A DNA stretch of 64,000 bases from Planctomycetota bacterium (GTDB lineage Bacteria; Planctomycetota; UBA8108; SXIK01), in NCBI GenBank assembly GCA_965223845.1, contig CBDCXR010000004.1, forward strand, positions 5,324,295-5,388,294. The letters are read 5' to 3'. Of the stretch, positions 29,830 through 38,406 are shown piece by piece (the stretch's first letter is position 1; every line of letters begins with the position of its first letter). The notes under the pieces are model-generated. The model did no database searches. It was not told where the DNA came from and was given only the letters and a program-made list of their open reading frames with translations. A program made the translations under genes and the position numbers.

Positions 29830-30244
29830 GCCTCCCGATCGTGTTCCCTATCCGCTCGAATCCGAGCTTGCGGCCCCCGTTCCCGGACCGGGCTGTATCA
29901 AAAGGAGACACGTAAGCGATCGGTTCGGGTGAGGCGAGACGGAGGAACGTCCGGCCGCGAGCACTCTGAGGATACGGCCGGCGATCTCGCGTGCTCGGCT
30001 GTCTCCGGCACGTAGAGTGACGGCGCACGCAAGACACACCGTCGGCGGTTTTTCCGGTGGACCGCCCCCGCGAGCGATGCCGATGTACCGGGGAGACGGC
30101 GAGTTAACTCGTCTCCTGCGGCGGTCACTCGCGGGGATTCGGAAACGGGTCCAGAGCTCACTCGTCCATCTCGACGCTACCGCAGGGTTCGAACGCCGGC
30201 CCCGCAGGCAGCGAAACGCACGACCCCGGAGCGCAGGCGGAGCG

Positions 30245-30892
30245 ATGACCGAGTTTCTTCAACTCTGCGGACAGCCGTTCAACCTCCCGTGGACGCTGCT
30301 GCTCGGTCTCGTCGTTCTCTATTGGGTGGGCGTCATCGTCGGGGCGCTCGACCTCGACGCGTTCGACTTCGATCTCGACGCGGACGTCGATGTCGATGCC
30401 GACGCCGATGTTGAAGTCGACACCGACGCGAGCGTTCACGGCGGAAGCGCACTGCTCGGCGTTCTCCGCTTCTTCGAGTTCGGCACCGTTCCGACGATGG
30501 TCATCGTCAGCTTCTTCGCGCTCGGTGGCTGGACGGCAGCGCTCCTCTTCAACTTTCACTTCGGTGGATCGACCCTCGTCGGCTTCCTCCTCTTGATCCC
30601 GATCTTCCTCGTCGCCCTCGCCGTGACGAAGGTGACGGCCGTACCGCTCGCCGCGCTGTTTCGCCAACTCGAGAACGAGGACACCGGGACGGTGACGGTC
30701 GAAGGTCAGATCTGCACGGTGAAATCTTCGAAAGTCGACGGCGAGAGCGGTCAAGCCGAGGTGAAATCGAAGGGTGCACCAGTGCTTCTCAACGTTCGCA
30801 CACGAAACGGTGAAGTTCTCCATCGCGGAGACGAGGCGGTGGTGGTTGAGCCAGACCCCGAGACGGGGACGTACTTCGTCGCTCGCCTCTAA
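30245..30892 (+). CDS. YqiJ/NfeD-like inner-membrane protein, the partner of flotillin
   Basis: An acidic DxD repeat run reads DLDADVDVDADADVEVD. Two TM segments are present. The C-terminal OB-fold-like segment is VEGQICTVKSSKVDGESGQAEVKSKGAPVLLNVR. Start at the internal ATG MTEFLQL. Confidence 0.6.
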   Translation: MTEFLQLCGQPFNLPWTLLLGLVVLYWVGVIVGALDLDAFDFDLDADVDVDADADVEVDTDASVHGGSALLGVLRFFEFGTVPTMVIVSFFALGGWTAALLFNFHFGGSTLVGFLLLIPIFLVALAVTKVTAVPLAALFRQLENEDTGTVTVEGQICTVKSSKVDGESGQAEVKSKGAPVLLNVRTRNGEVLHRGDEAVVVEPDPETGTYFVARL

Positions 30893-30985
30893 CTCAGTTC
30901 AAGAAACGCTCGGTCTCACCGCCAGCGGTCTATCCACGAATCTCGAAACCAACGACAAAACGGCGCAGTAGCTCGGAGTAGAGAC

Positions 30986-33016
30986 ATGCTTTTCCTCCTT
31001 CAGACTGACCCCACGAGTTGGATCCCCCTCATCGTCGGAGCGATCTTCTGCCTCATCCTCGCCGGGATCGCCGTCCTCATCGTCAAGTGCTACCGCAAGG
31101 TGCCGCAGGGGACCGCTCTCGTGCGCACGGGGATGGGCGGGCCGAAAGTCACGACGGGCACTGGAGTCGTCGTCATCCCGGTTCTCCACCGCGCCGAGCT
31201 GATGGACATCTCCGTCAAGCGAATCGAAATCGCGCGCGAAGGCGAAGACGGCCTCATTTGCGCCGACAATCTCCGCGCCGATATCAAGGTGGCCTTCTTC
31301 GTCCGCGTGAACAACACCGAGGAAGACATTCTTCAGGTCGCCCAATCGCTCGGTTGCGAGCGCGCCTCGCAGCAGCGGGCGCTCATCGAGCTCTTCGACG
31401 CGAAGTTTTCCGAAGCGCTCAAGACGGTCGGCAAGCAGTTCGATTTCGTCTCGCTCTACAACGAACGGGATCGTTTCAAGGAACAGATCGTCGCGCTGAT
31501 CGGAACGGATCTGAACGGCTACGTCCTTGACGACACCGCGATCGACTTCCTCGAGCAGACCTCGCTCGAGCAGCTCAACCCGAACAACATCCTCGACGCC
31601 GAGGGAATCAAGAAGATCACCGATCTGACCGCGCAGCAGCAGATCCTCGCGAACGACATCGTGCGCGAGAAGGAGAAGGTGATCAAAAAGCAGGACGTCG
31701 AAGCGCGCGAGGCCATCCTCGAGCTCGATCGCCAACAAGCCGAAGCCGAGGCGCGTCAGCTGCGAGAAATCCAAAGCGTCCAGGCACGCGAGACATCCGA
31801 GACGACGCGAGTCAAGGAAGAGGAGCGGCTCAAGGCCGAACGGGCCCGTCTGACCACCGACGAAGAGGTGAAGGTCGCCGAAGAGAACGTCGAGCGACAA
31901 ATCATTGTCGCGAAAAAGAACAAGGAGCGTACCGAGGCGGTCGAGAACGAGCGGATCGAAAAGGATCGGATGCTCGAGCAGACCGAGCGCGAACGCATCG
32001 TCACGCTAGCGCAAATTGAAAAGGACAAGGCGGTCGAAGCGGAGAAGAAAGAGATCCAGGACGTCATCCGCGAGCGCGTCGTCGTCGAGCGGGCTGTCGT
32101 CGAAGAGGAGGAGCGGATCAAGGACACGCGAGACTTCGCCGGCGCGGAGCGACAGAAGCAAGTCGCGGTGACGAAGGCTCAGCAGACCGCAGAGGAAGCG
32201 AAGATCCGTGAGGTTCAAGCCGCGGAAGCCAGCAAGGAAGCGTCGATGCGTCTCGCCGATCAGATGTTGATCGAAGCCGAGGCGAGTCGCGGCGCGGCGG
32301 AGAAGGAGACGGAAGCCAAGAAGCTCCTCGCCGAGGCGAAGGCCGCAGAGGAAGCCGCGCTCGGACTCGCCGAAGCCGAGGTCATGGTCGCCAAGGCAGA
32401 CGCGACGCAGAAGCAGGGTGCCGTCGAGGCCGAAGTGCTCGAGCTCAAGTACTCGGCGGAAGCGGAAGGAATCGACAAGAAGGCCGCGGCGATGAAGAAA
32501 TTCGACGAAGTCGGCCGCGATCACGAGGAGTTCAAGCTCCGGCTCGAGAAGGACCGCGACATCGATCTCGAATCGATTCGGGTGCATCGCGAGGTCGCGG
32601 AGTACCGCGCGCAAATGGTCGGCGAGGCACTCAAGACAGCCAAGATCGACATCGTCGGCGGCGAATCCGAGTTCTTCGACAAGATCGTCGGTGCGATCGG
32701 AAACGGCAAGGCCGTCGATCGAACCGTCCTCGGAAGCGATGTTCTCACGGACGTGAAACAGACGTTCTTCAATGGCGACGCGGAGTACTTCAAGGCTCAG
32801 CTCGAACGCTTCATCGGTCAATTCGGCGTCGACTCCGAGGACATCAAGAACCTCTCGATCGCCGCGCTGATCGGCAAGCTCATGAGCAAGGCGGACAGCG
32901 AGACGGCGCGCGGACGACTCCAGTCGATGCTCGGCGCGGCGCGCGAGGCCGGCCTCGCGGACACTCTCGTCTCGCACCTCGGGCTCGATCTCTCCAAGGA
33001 CTCCGCGCGCTCTTGA
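30986..33016 (+). CDS. Flotillin/SPFH (band 7) family protein (YqiK-like)
   Basis: An N-terminal TM is followed by an SPFH domain, VRTGMGGPKVTTGTGVVVIPVLHRAELMDISVKRIEI. A long EA-rich coiled coil follows. Confidence 0.85.
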   Translation: MLFLLQTDPTSWIPLIVGAIFCLILAGIAVLIVKCYRKVPQGTALVRTGMGGPKVTTGTGVVVIPVLHRAELMDISVKRIEIAREGEDGLICADNLRADIKVAFFVRVNNTEEDILQVAQSLGCERASQQRALIELFDAKFSEALKTVGKQFDFVSLYNERDRFKEQIVALIGTDLNGYVLDDTAIDFLEQTSLEQLNPNNILDAEGIKKITDLTAQQQILANDIVREKEKVIKKQDVEAREAILELDRQQAEAEARQLREIQSVQARETSETTRVKEEERLKAERARLTTDEEVKVAEENVERQIIVAKKNKERTEAVENERIEKDRMLEQTERERIVTLAQIEKDKAVEAEKKEIQDVIRERVVVERAVVEEEERIKDTRDFAGAERQKQVAVTKAQQTAEEAKIREVQAAEASKEASMRLADQMLIEAEASRGAAEKETEAKKLLAEAKAAEEAALGLAEAEVMVAKADATQKQGAVEAEVLELKYSAEAEGIDKKAAAMKKFDEVGRDHEEFKLRLEKDRDIDLESIRVHREVAEYRAQMVGEALKTAKIDIVGGESEFFDKIVGAIGNGKAVDRTVLGSDVLTDVKQTFFNGDAEYFKAQLERFIGQFGVDSEDIKNLSIAALIGKLMSKADSETARGRLQSMLGAAREAGLADTLVSHLGLDLSKDSARS

Positions 33017-33066
33017 GAACTCGAGCTCGCTGAATCGATCTCCCGGCCCGCCCGGACATCGACGCC

Positions 33067-36000
33067 ATGAGTGATCCCGAATCCAACCGCAGCGACGTAG
33101 AATCGACCTCGCCCGAGGAAGCGATCGACTCGAGCACGTACGAAGTTCTGAAGCGCCGCCTCCACTCGAGCGCCGACGAGCTGCAGCGCCGTCTCGATTC
33201 GCTTCACGAGGCGCGAAAGAGTGCGTTCGGCTCGATCGACTTCGAGCTCCTTACGACCGAACGCGTCACGACGCGGCACAACTGCGTCCCGCGTGACATG
33301 GTCGTGATCGGAAATCGACTTCTGGTCGGCTTCAACGTTCAGTTCGGCCTCAAGACGGAGACCGTCCCGGAAGATGTGTTCGCAGTCTTCGGTTTCGCCG
33401 ATCGGAAGTTCACCGAGCAGGATCTCTCGCTCGTCGAGCACCCTCAGTTCGCCGCCGACTTTCGCGACCTCTATCGCTATTACAAGAAGACGTCGTTTCT
33501 ACGCTTTGCGGTGATCGGTCCGTTTCTCTTCATGGTCTTTCGCGTTGGGAAGAGCCCGGAAGATGTGAAGACGTTCAAGTGGGGGATCGAGGGAGATCGA
33601 CTCCGGTACGTAGACAATCGCAGCGACCACGAGTACCGCTCGCCGCCCCAGCACGAGTTCGAGTGGACGCGGACCCACCGCGACCTGCACGTCGATGGCC
33701 TCCACCCGCACATCTCCATCGAAGACCGCGTCTTCGTCGAGACCGTTGGAGGCGACCTCACGATCAAGATCGAGAACAACACGGAATCGGGGGAGGGGAT
33801 CTACGCAGAACCGGTCGACGATCCCGACCAGACTCTGGATGACGCCGAGGTCTACTACGCTCGCGTCGATCAGTTGATCCTGCTCAAGATCAGGCCCTAT
33901 CGCGAATCCGAGTTCCGCTACATCGTCTACAACGAGAAGCTCCAGACGGCGGATCGCATCGATTCGATCGAGGGTTCGTGCGTCATTCTCCCCGAAGACC
34001 AGGGAATCGTCTTCTCGAACGGCTACTACCTTCAAGCCGGCGAAAAGAAGGTCTTCGACACCGCTGCGCACGATATGCGCTTCGATCGGCGCATCGCCGC
34101 GCCGAACGGAGAAGACTTCCTCTTCGTGTTCCACAACCACGACGCCGGGACATACACGCTCCTCCCGTACAACATCATCGACCAACGCGTCGAGAATCCC
34201 ATCAACGGACACGGCCACGCGCTGTTCGAGAATGGCGAGCTCATTCTCTTCAAAGGCCAGCCGGAACCACAGAAACATCACGCGCTCCAGATCTGGCGCA
34301 CGCCGTTTCTCGGGGACGACGCCGTCGAGTTCGCCGGAGATACACCGCTCCACAAAATCGGCAACCGCGAGCTCGTTCGTGGGATGGCCGAATGCCACGC
34401 CGTGGTAGTTCTCTCACGCCGCGATGAGATCTACGCCGACCTGTACGTCGATCTCGTGAAGACCTGCGGCGATCTCGTCGACAGCTACTTTTGGCTCGGG
34501 GACCCCGATTGCTTCGATCTCCGCGAGACGATCGAGGAAATCCGAGGGACGGCGAGCGCCGCGGTCGGCGAGTTCGAGAAAGTCGTGGCGGTCCGTCGCA
34601 GTACGGATGCACAGGTCGCCGAGGTCACCGCCGCGACACGTTCGGCCATGCGTGACGCCGGACTGCGCCGCTTCGAAGCGATCGACGACTTCGTCGCATC
34701 GCTGAGCGAGCTTCGAGGCGTGCGCGGACGCATCATTTCACTGCGGGATCTCCGGTACATCGACGGCGCCGTCGTCGATGCGCTCGAAGCCGAGGTCGAA
34801 ACAGCGTCGGCCGAGATCGCGGAGCGCTGCGTCACGTTTCTCCTCGATCCGGCGGCGCTCGACCCGTACGAAGAGCGAGTCGAAAGTCTTCGCGCGGGGA
34901 TCGACCCCCTCTCGACCGTAAGCGAGGCGAAAGCACTCAGCGAGCACATCGACACGCTCGCGGGCGAGCTCGAGCTTCTCATCGAAACGGTCAGCAACCT
35001 CAAGATCGCCGACGCGACCAAGCGGACCGAGATCGTCGATCGAATCTCGTCGGTGTTCGCGACCGTGAACGGCGTGCGGGCGACCCTGCGCGGCAAGACC
35101 CAGACTCTCGCCTCCGCCGAAGGCATCGCGGAGTTCAACTCCCAGATCAAGCTCCTCGGGCAGTCGGTCGTCAACTATCTCGACCTCTGCGACTCTCCGG
35201 AGAAGTGCGACGACTACCTCACGAAGGTGATGGTGCAGCTCGAGGAGATGGAAGGGAAGTTTGCGGAGTTCGACGAGTTTGTCGTCCAGCTCGCCGAGAA
35301 GCGGGACGAAGTCTACACCGCGTTCGAAGGTCGAAAGGTCTCGCTTCTCGAGAAACGAAACAAGCGCGCGGCCTCGCTTGCGTCTGCCGCCGATCGTATC
35401 CTCAGCGGCATCCGCGCGCGCGTCGACAAGCTCGAATCCGTCGATGAGATCAACGGCTTCTTCGCGGCAGACCTTCTCGTCGACAAGGTGCGCGATCTCC
35501 TCGTTGAGCTCGGCGATCTGGACGATTCGGTCAAGGTCGACGAGATCGAGAGTCGGCTCAAGACGATCCGCGAGGATTCCGTCCGCCAACTCAAGGACCG
35601 CCTCGACCTCTACACCGGCGGCGGCAGCCTGATTCAGCTCGGGCGACATCAATTCTCGGTGAACACGCAGCCGCTCGATCTGACGACCGTTTCGAAAGAC
35701 GGCGAGCTCTGCCTTCACCTCACCGGGACCGATTTTCTCGACCCGATCTCCGACGCGGAGCTCACGGCGACCGGCGACGTCGCGGGGCTCGAAGTCGTCT
35801 CCGAATCGCCGGAGGTGTATCGCGGCGAGTACCTCGCGTACCAGCTTCTCACCGCCGGAGCGGCCGCGGGCAACGGCACGGCGCCCACCGAGGACTGGCT
35901 CTCTCTCGACCGCGACACCCGCCTGGAGCGAATCCAGAAATTCATGAGCACGCGCTACAGCGAGGCGTACACCAAAGGAGTCCACGATCAGGACGCGGAG

Positions 36001-38295
36001 CGAATTCTGTCCGCCGCGCTCGAGATCGACGCCGAATGCGGACTCCTCCGCTTCGCTTCGAGCGCGCGAGCGATCGCGCGGCTCTGGTGGAATCACCTCG
36101 CCCCCGACGCACAGAAGCGGCGGCAAAGCGAGCTCGCGAGTCTCGGTCACGCGCTCGCGCTGTTTCCCGGCAGCTCGCCGACGGGATCCTACACCGACGA
36201 TCTCGCCGCCGAGCTCGGGGAATTCGTTCTTGCGAGCGAGGGTCTTCTCGACGAAGCGCTCGTTCCGGAAGCCGCCGAGTACCTCTACTCCGAGCTCCTC
36301 GAGGAAGGCCCGTTCGTCGTCTCGGCCGACGCGGCACGGATCGTCGAGGCGTTCCGTGACGAAATCGCGAAGAGAAAATCGAAGACCGAGTTCAAGAACC
36401 GCCTCGCGGCAGTCGGCGACGATTGGCGGGCGCGCGTCCGCCTTCTCCGCGACTGGACGAACGCGTTTTTGGCGGCGAAAAATGACCGCGCGGCTCGACC
36501 CTACGCCGACGAAGTCGCGGCGATCTTGGAGTCTGACTCGAGTGAACCCGAAGCGATCGTCACGGCACCCGTCGATCGCGAGATCGGAGATCTCCTCGGA
36601 AACCATCCGCGGATCAGCGAGGGCGTGTGTCGTCTCGACTACCCCGAGTTCCGCGCACGGGTTCGGCGTCACCGCGACGTCGTCGCCCCGCGCTTCGAGC
36701 GCTACGCCGCTCGAAAGCGCGAGATCGTCGACCGCGCCCGAAACGACCTAAAGCTCGAAGAGTTCAAGCCGCGAGTTCTCAGCTCGTTCGTGCGGAATCG
36801 TCTCATCGACGAAGTCTATCTCCCCCTCGTCGGCGACAACCTCGCCAAACAGATCGGCGCCGCCGGAGCGGAAAAACGAACCGATCTCATGGGATTGCTC
36901 CTCGTCATCTCTCCTCCCGGCTACGGGAAGACGACGCTCATGGAGTACATCGCGAGTCGGCTCGGAATCATCTTCATGAAGGTGAACGGCCCCGCGATCG
37001 GCCATCACGTCACCTCGCTCGATCCCGCCGAAGCACCGAACGCCTCCGCGCGCGAGGAGCTCGAGAAGCTGAATCTCGCCTTCGAGATGGGCGACAACGT
37101 GCTCATCTACCTCGACGACATTCAGCACTGCAATCCGGAGCTCCTCCAGAAGTTCATCTCCCTCTGCGACGCGCAGCGAAAGATCGAGGGAGTGTTCCGC
37201 GGACGCGCTCGGACCTACGATCTGCGCGGCCGCAAGGTCGCCGTCGTCATGGCGGGAAATCCGTACACGGAGAGCGGCGAGAAGTTTCAGATCCCCGACA
37301 TGCTCGCCAACCGAGCCGACACCTACAACCTCGGCGAGATTCTCGGCGGGAACGAAGAAGCGTTCAACATGAGCTATCTCGAGAACGCGATCACTTCAAA
37401 CCCGGTGCTGAATCCCCTCGCCACACGGAGCCAGAAGGATGTGTACGCGATCATCCACATGGCAGAGACCGGTTCCGATGACGGTGTCGAGCTCGAAGGG
37501 AAGTACTCGCTCGAAGAGCTTCAAGAAATGGTCTCGACCATGAAGAAGCTCCTCCGCGTGCGCGACGTGATTCTCCGAGTGAATCGCGAGTACATCCGTT
37601 CCGCCGCTCAGGCTGACGACTACCGTACGGAGCCCGCGTTCAAGCTCCAGGGCTCCTACCGCAACATGAACCGAATCGCCGAGAAGGTGCTTTCGGTCAT
37701 GAACGACGACGAGCTCGAGGCGGTGATCTTCGAAGCCTACGAGAACGACGCGCAGACGCTGACGACCGGCGCCGAAGCGAATCTGCTCAAGTTCAAGGAG
37801 ATGTTCGACAAGCTGACACCCGAGGAGACGCGGCGCTGGGAAGAGATCAAAAGAACCTTTCAGCGAAATCTTCTTCTCGGGAGCGCCGGCGACGACAAGT
37901 TCGCTCAGGTGGTCGCGCAGCTCTCGAGCTTCAATGAATCGCTCGCGTCGATCGGCGCGGCAATCGGAGACGCGGCGAAGGCTCGTGATCGATCGAGCCC
38001 GATCGCTTCACCGGCGGGCGCCGGAGCGAAACGCCGCGCCCCCCGTCCTTCGCCTCAAGAGATCCGTGTCGTCAACCGCATCCCGAAGGTATTCCTCAAC
38101 GTCCTCGAGCAACAGTTCGAGTTGATGCGCGGCTGGCTCGAGCCTCTCCAAGACGAGAGCCGCCGGCAGTCCACTCAGTTCTCACACCTCCGCGAGCGCG
38201 TGGAAGAATCCCTCTCGCGGCACGCCGAGCTGATCGAGGACCTCCGGCGCTCTGACATCGAGCGCGGGGACGACGGCGACACGACGGGCGATTGA
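33067..38295 (+). CDS. Giant (1742 aa) protein with a beta-rich N-terminal region, an extended coiled-coil middle and a C-terminal MoxR/AAA_5-class ATPase domain
   Basis: The Walker A motif is VISPPGYGKTTLMEY, at about 36905-36950. The Walker B / AAA_5-like motif is VLIYLDDIQHCNPELLQKFISLCD, at about 37098-37170. The sensor-like segment is VAVVMAGNPYTESGEKFQIPDMLANRAD. The gene starts 50 bp after flotillin. Confidence 0.7.
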   Translation: MSDPESNRSDVESTSPEEAIDSSTYEVLKRRLHSSADELQRRLDSLHEARKSAFGSIDFELLTTERVTTRHNCVPRDMVVIGNRLLVGFNVQFGLKTETVPEDVFAVFGFADRKFTEQDLSLVEHPQFAADFRDLYRYYKKTSFLRFAVIGPFLFMVFRVGKSPEDVKTFKWGIEGDRLRYVDNRSDHEYRSPPQHEFEWTRTHRDLHVDGLHPHISIEDRVFVETVGGDLTIKIENNTESGEGIYAEPVDDPDQTLDDAEVYYARVDQLILLKIRPYRESEFRYIVYNEKLQTADRIDSIEGSCVILPEDQGIVFSNGYYLQAGEKKVFDTAAHDMRFDRRIAAPNGEDFLFVFHNHDAGTYTLLPYNIIDQRVENPINGHGHALFENGELILFKGQPEPQKHHALQIWRTPFLGDDAVEFAGDTPLHKIGNRELVRGMAECHAVVVLSRRDEIYADLYVDLVKTCGDLVDSYFWLGDPDCFDLRETIEEIRGTASAAVGEFEKVVAVRRSTDAQVAEVTAATRSAMRDAGLRRFEAIDDFVASLSELRGVRGRIISLRDLRYIDGAVVDALEAEVETASAEIAERCVTFLLDPAALDPYEERVESLRAGIDPLSTVSEAKALSEHIDTLAGELELLIETVSNLKIADATKRTEIVDRISSVFATVNGVRATLRGKTQTLASAEGIAEFNSQIKLLGQSVVNYLDLCDSPEKCDDYLTKVMVQLEEMEGKFAEFDEFVVQLAEKRDEVYTAFEGRKVSLLEKRNKRAASLASAADRILSGIRARVDKLESVDEINGFFAADLLVDKVRDLLVELGDLDDSVKVDEIESRLKTIREDSVRQLKDRLDLYTGGGSLIQLGRHQFSVNTQPLDLTTVSKDGELCLHLTGTDFLDPISDAELTATGDVAGLEVVSESPEVYRGEYLAYQLLTAGAAAGNGTAPTEDWLSLDRDTRLERIQKFMSTRYSEAYTKGVHDQDAERILSAALEIDAECGLLRFASSARAIARLWWNHLAPDAQKRRQSELASLGHALALFPGSSPTGSYTDDLAAELGEFVLASEGLLDEALVPEAAEYLYSELLEEGPFVVSADAARIVEAFRDEIAKRKSKTEFKNRLAAVGDDWRARVRLLRDWTNAFLAAKNDRAARPYADEVAAILESDSSEPEAIVTAPVDREIGDLLGNHPRISEGVCRLDYPEFRARVRRHRDVVAPRFERYAARKREIVDRARNDLKLEEFKPRVLSSFVRNRLIDEVYLPLVGDNLAKQIGAAGAEKRTDLMGLLLVISPPGYGKTTLMEYIASRLGIIFMKVNGPAIGHHVTSLDPAEAPNASAREELEKLNLAFEMGDNVLIYLDDIQHCNPELLQKFISLCDAQRKIEGVFRGRARTYDLRGRKVAVVMAGNPYTESGEKFQIPDMLANRADTYNLGEILGGNEEAFNMSYLENAITSNPVLNPLATRSQKDVYAIIHMAETGSDDGVELEGKYSLEELQEMVSTMKKLLRVRDVILRVNREYIRSAAQADDYRTEPAFKLQGSYRNMNRIAEKVLSVMNDDELEAVIFEAYENDAQTLTTGAEANLLKFKEMFDKLTPEETRRWEEIKRTFQRNLLLGSAGDDKFAQVVAQLSSFNESLASIGAAIGDAAKARDRSSPIASPAGAGAKRRAPRPSPQEIRVVNRIPKVFLNVLEQQFELMRGWLEPLQDESRRQSTQFSHLRERVEESLSRHAELIEDLRRSDIERGDDGDTTGD

Positions 38296-38406
38296 GCCGC
38301 GGCAGTCGGCGTACCGCGGAACCGAGGCGGACGCGTTCTCGGACCTTCCCGGCTCGGCGCCTCGCCGCTCGCGTGATTCCGCAAACGTGGAGCGGGAGCG
38401 AGACCG

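Noticed and set aside
30178-30210. tRNA-like GGGTTCGAAC motif
   Set aside because: The flanks are not complementary (ccgcagg / cccgcagg), so no T-arm or acceptor structure forms.
34738-36672. 644-aa minus-strand ORF
   Set aside because: It is antisense within the giant ATPase gene, which has strong motif support. It is an artefact.
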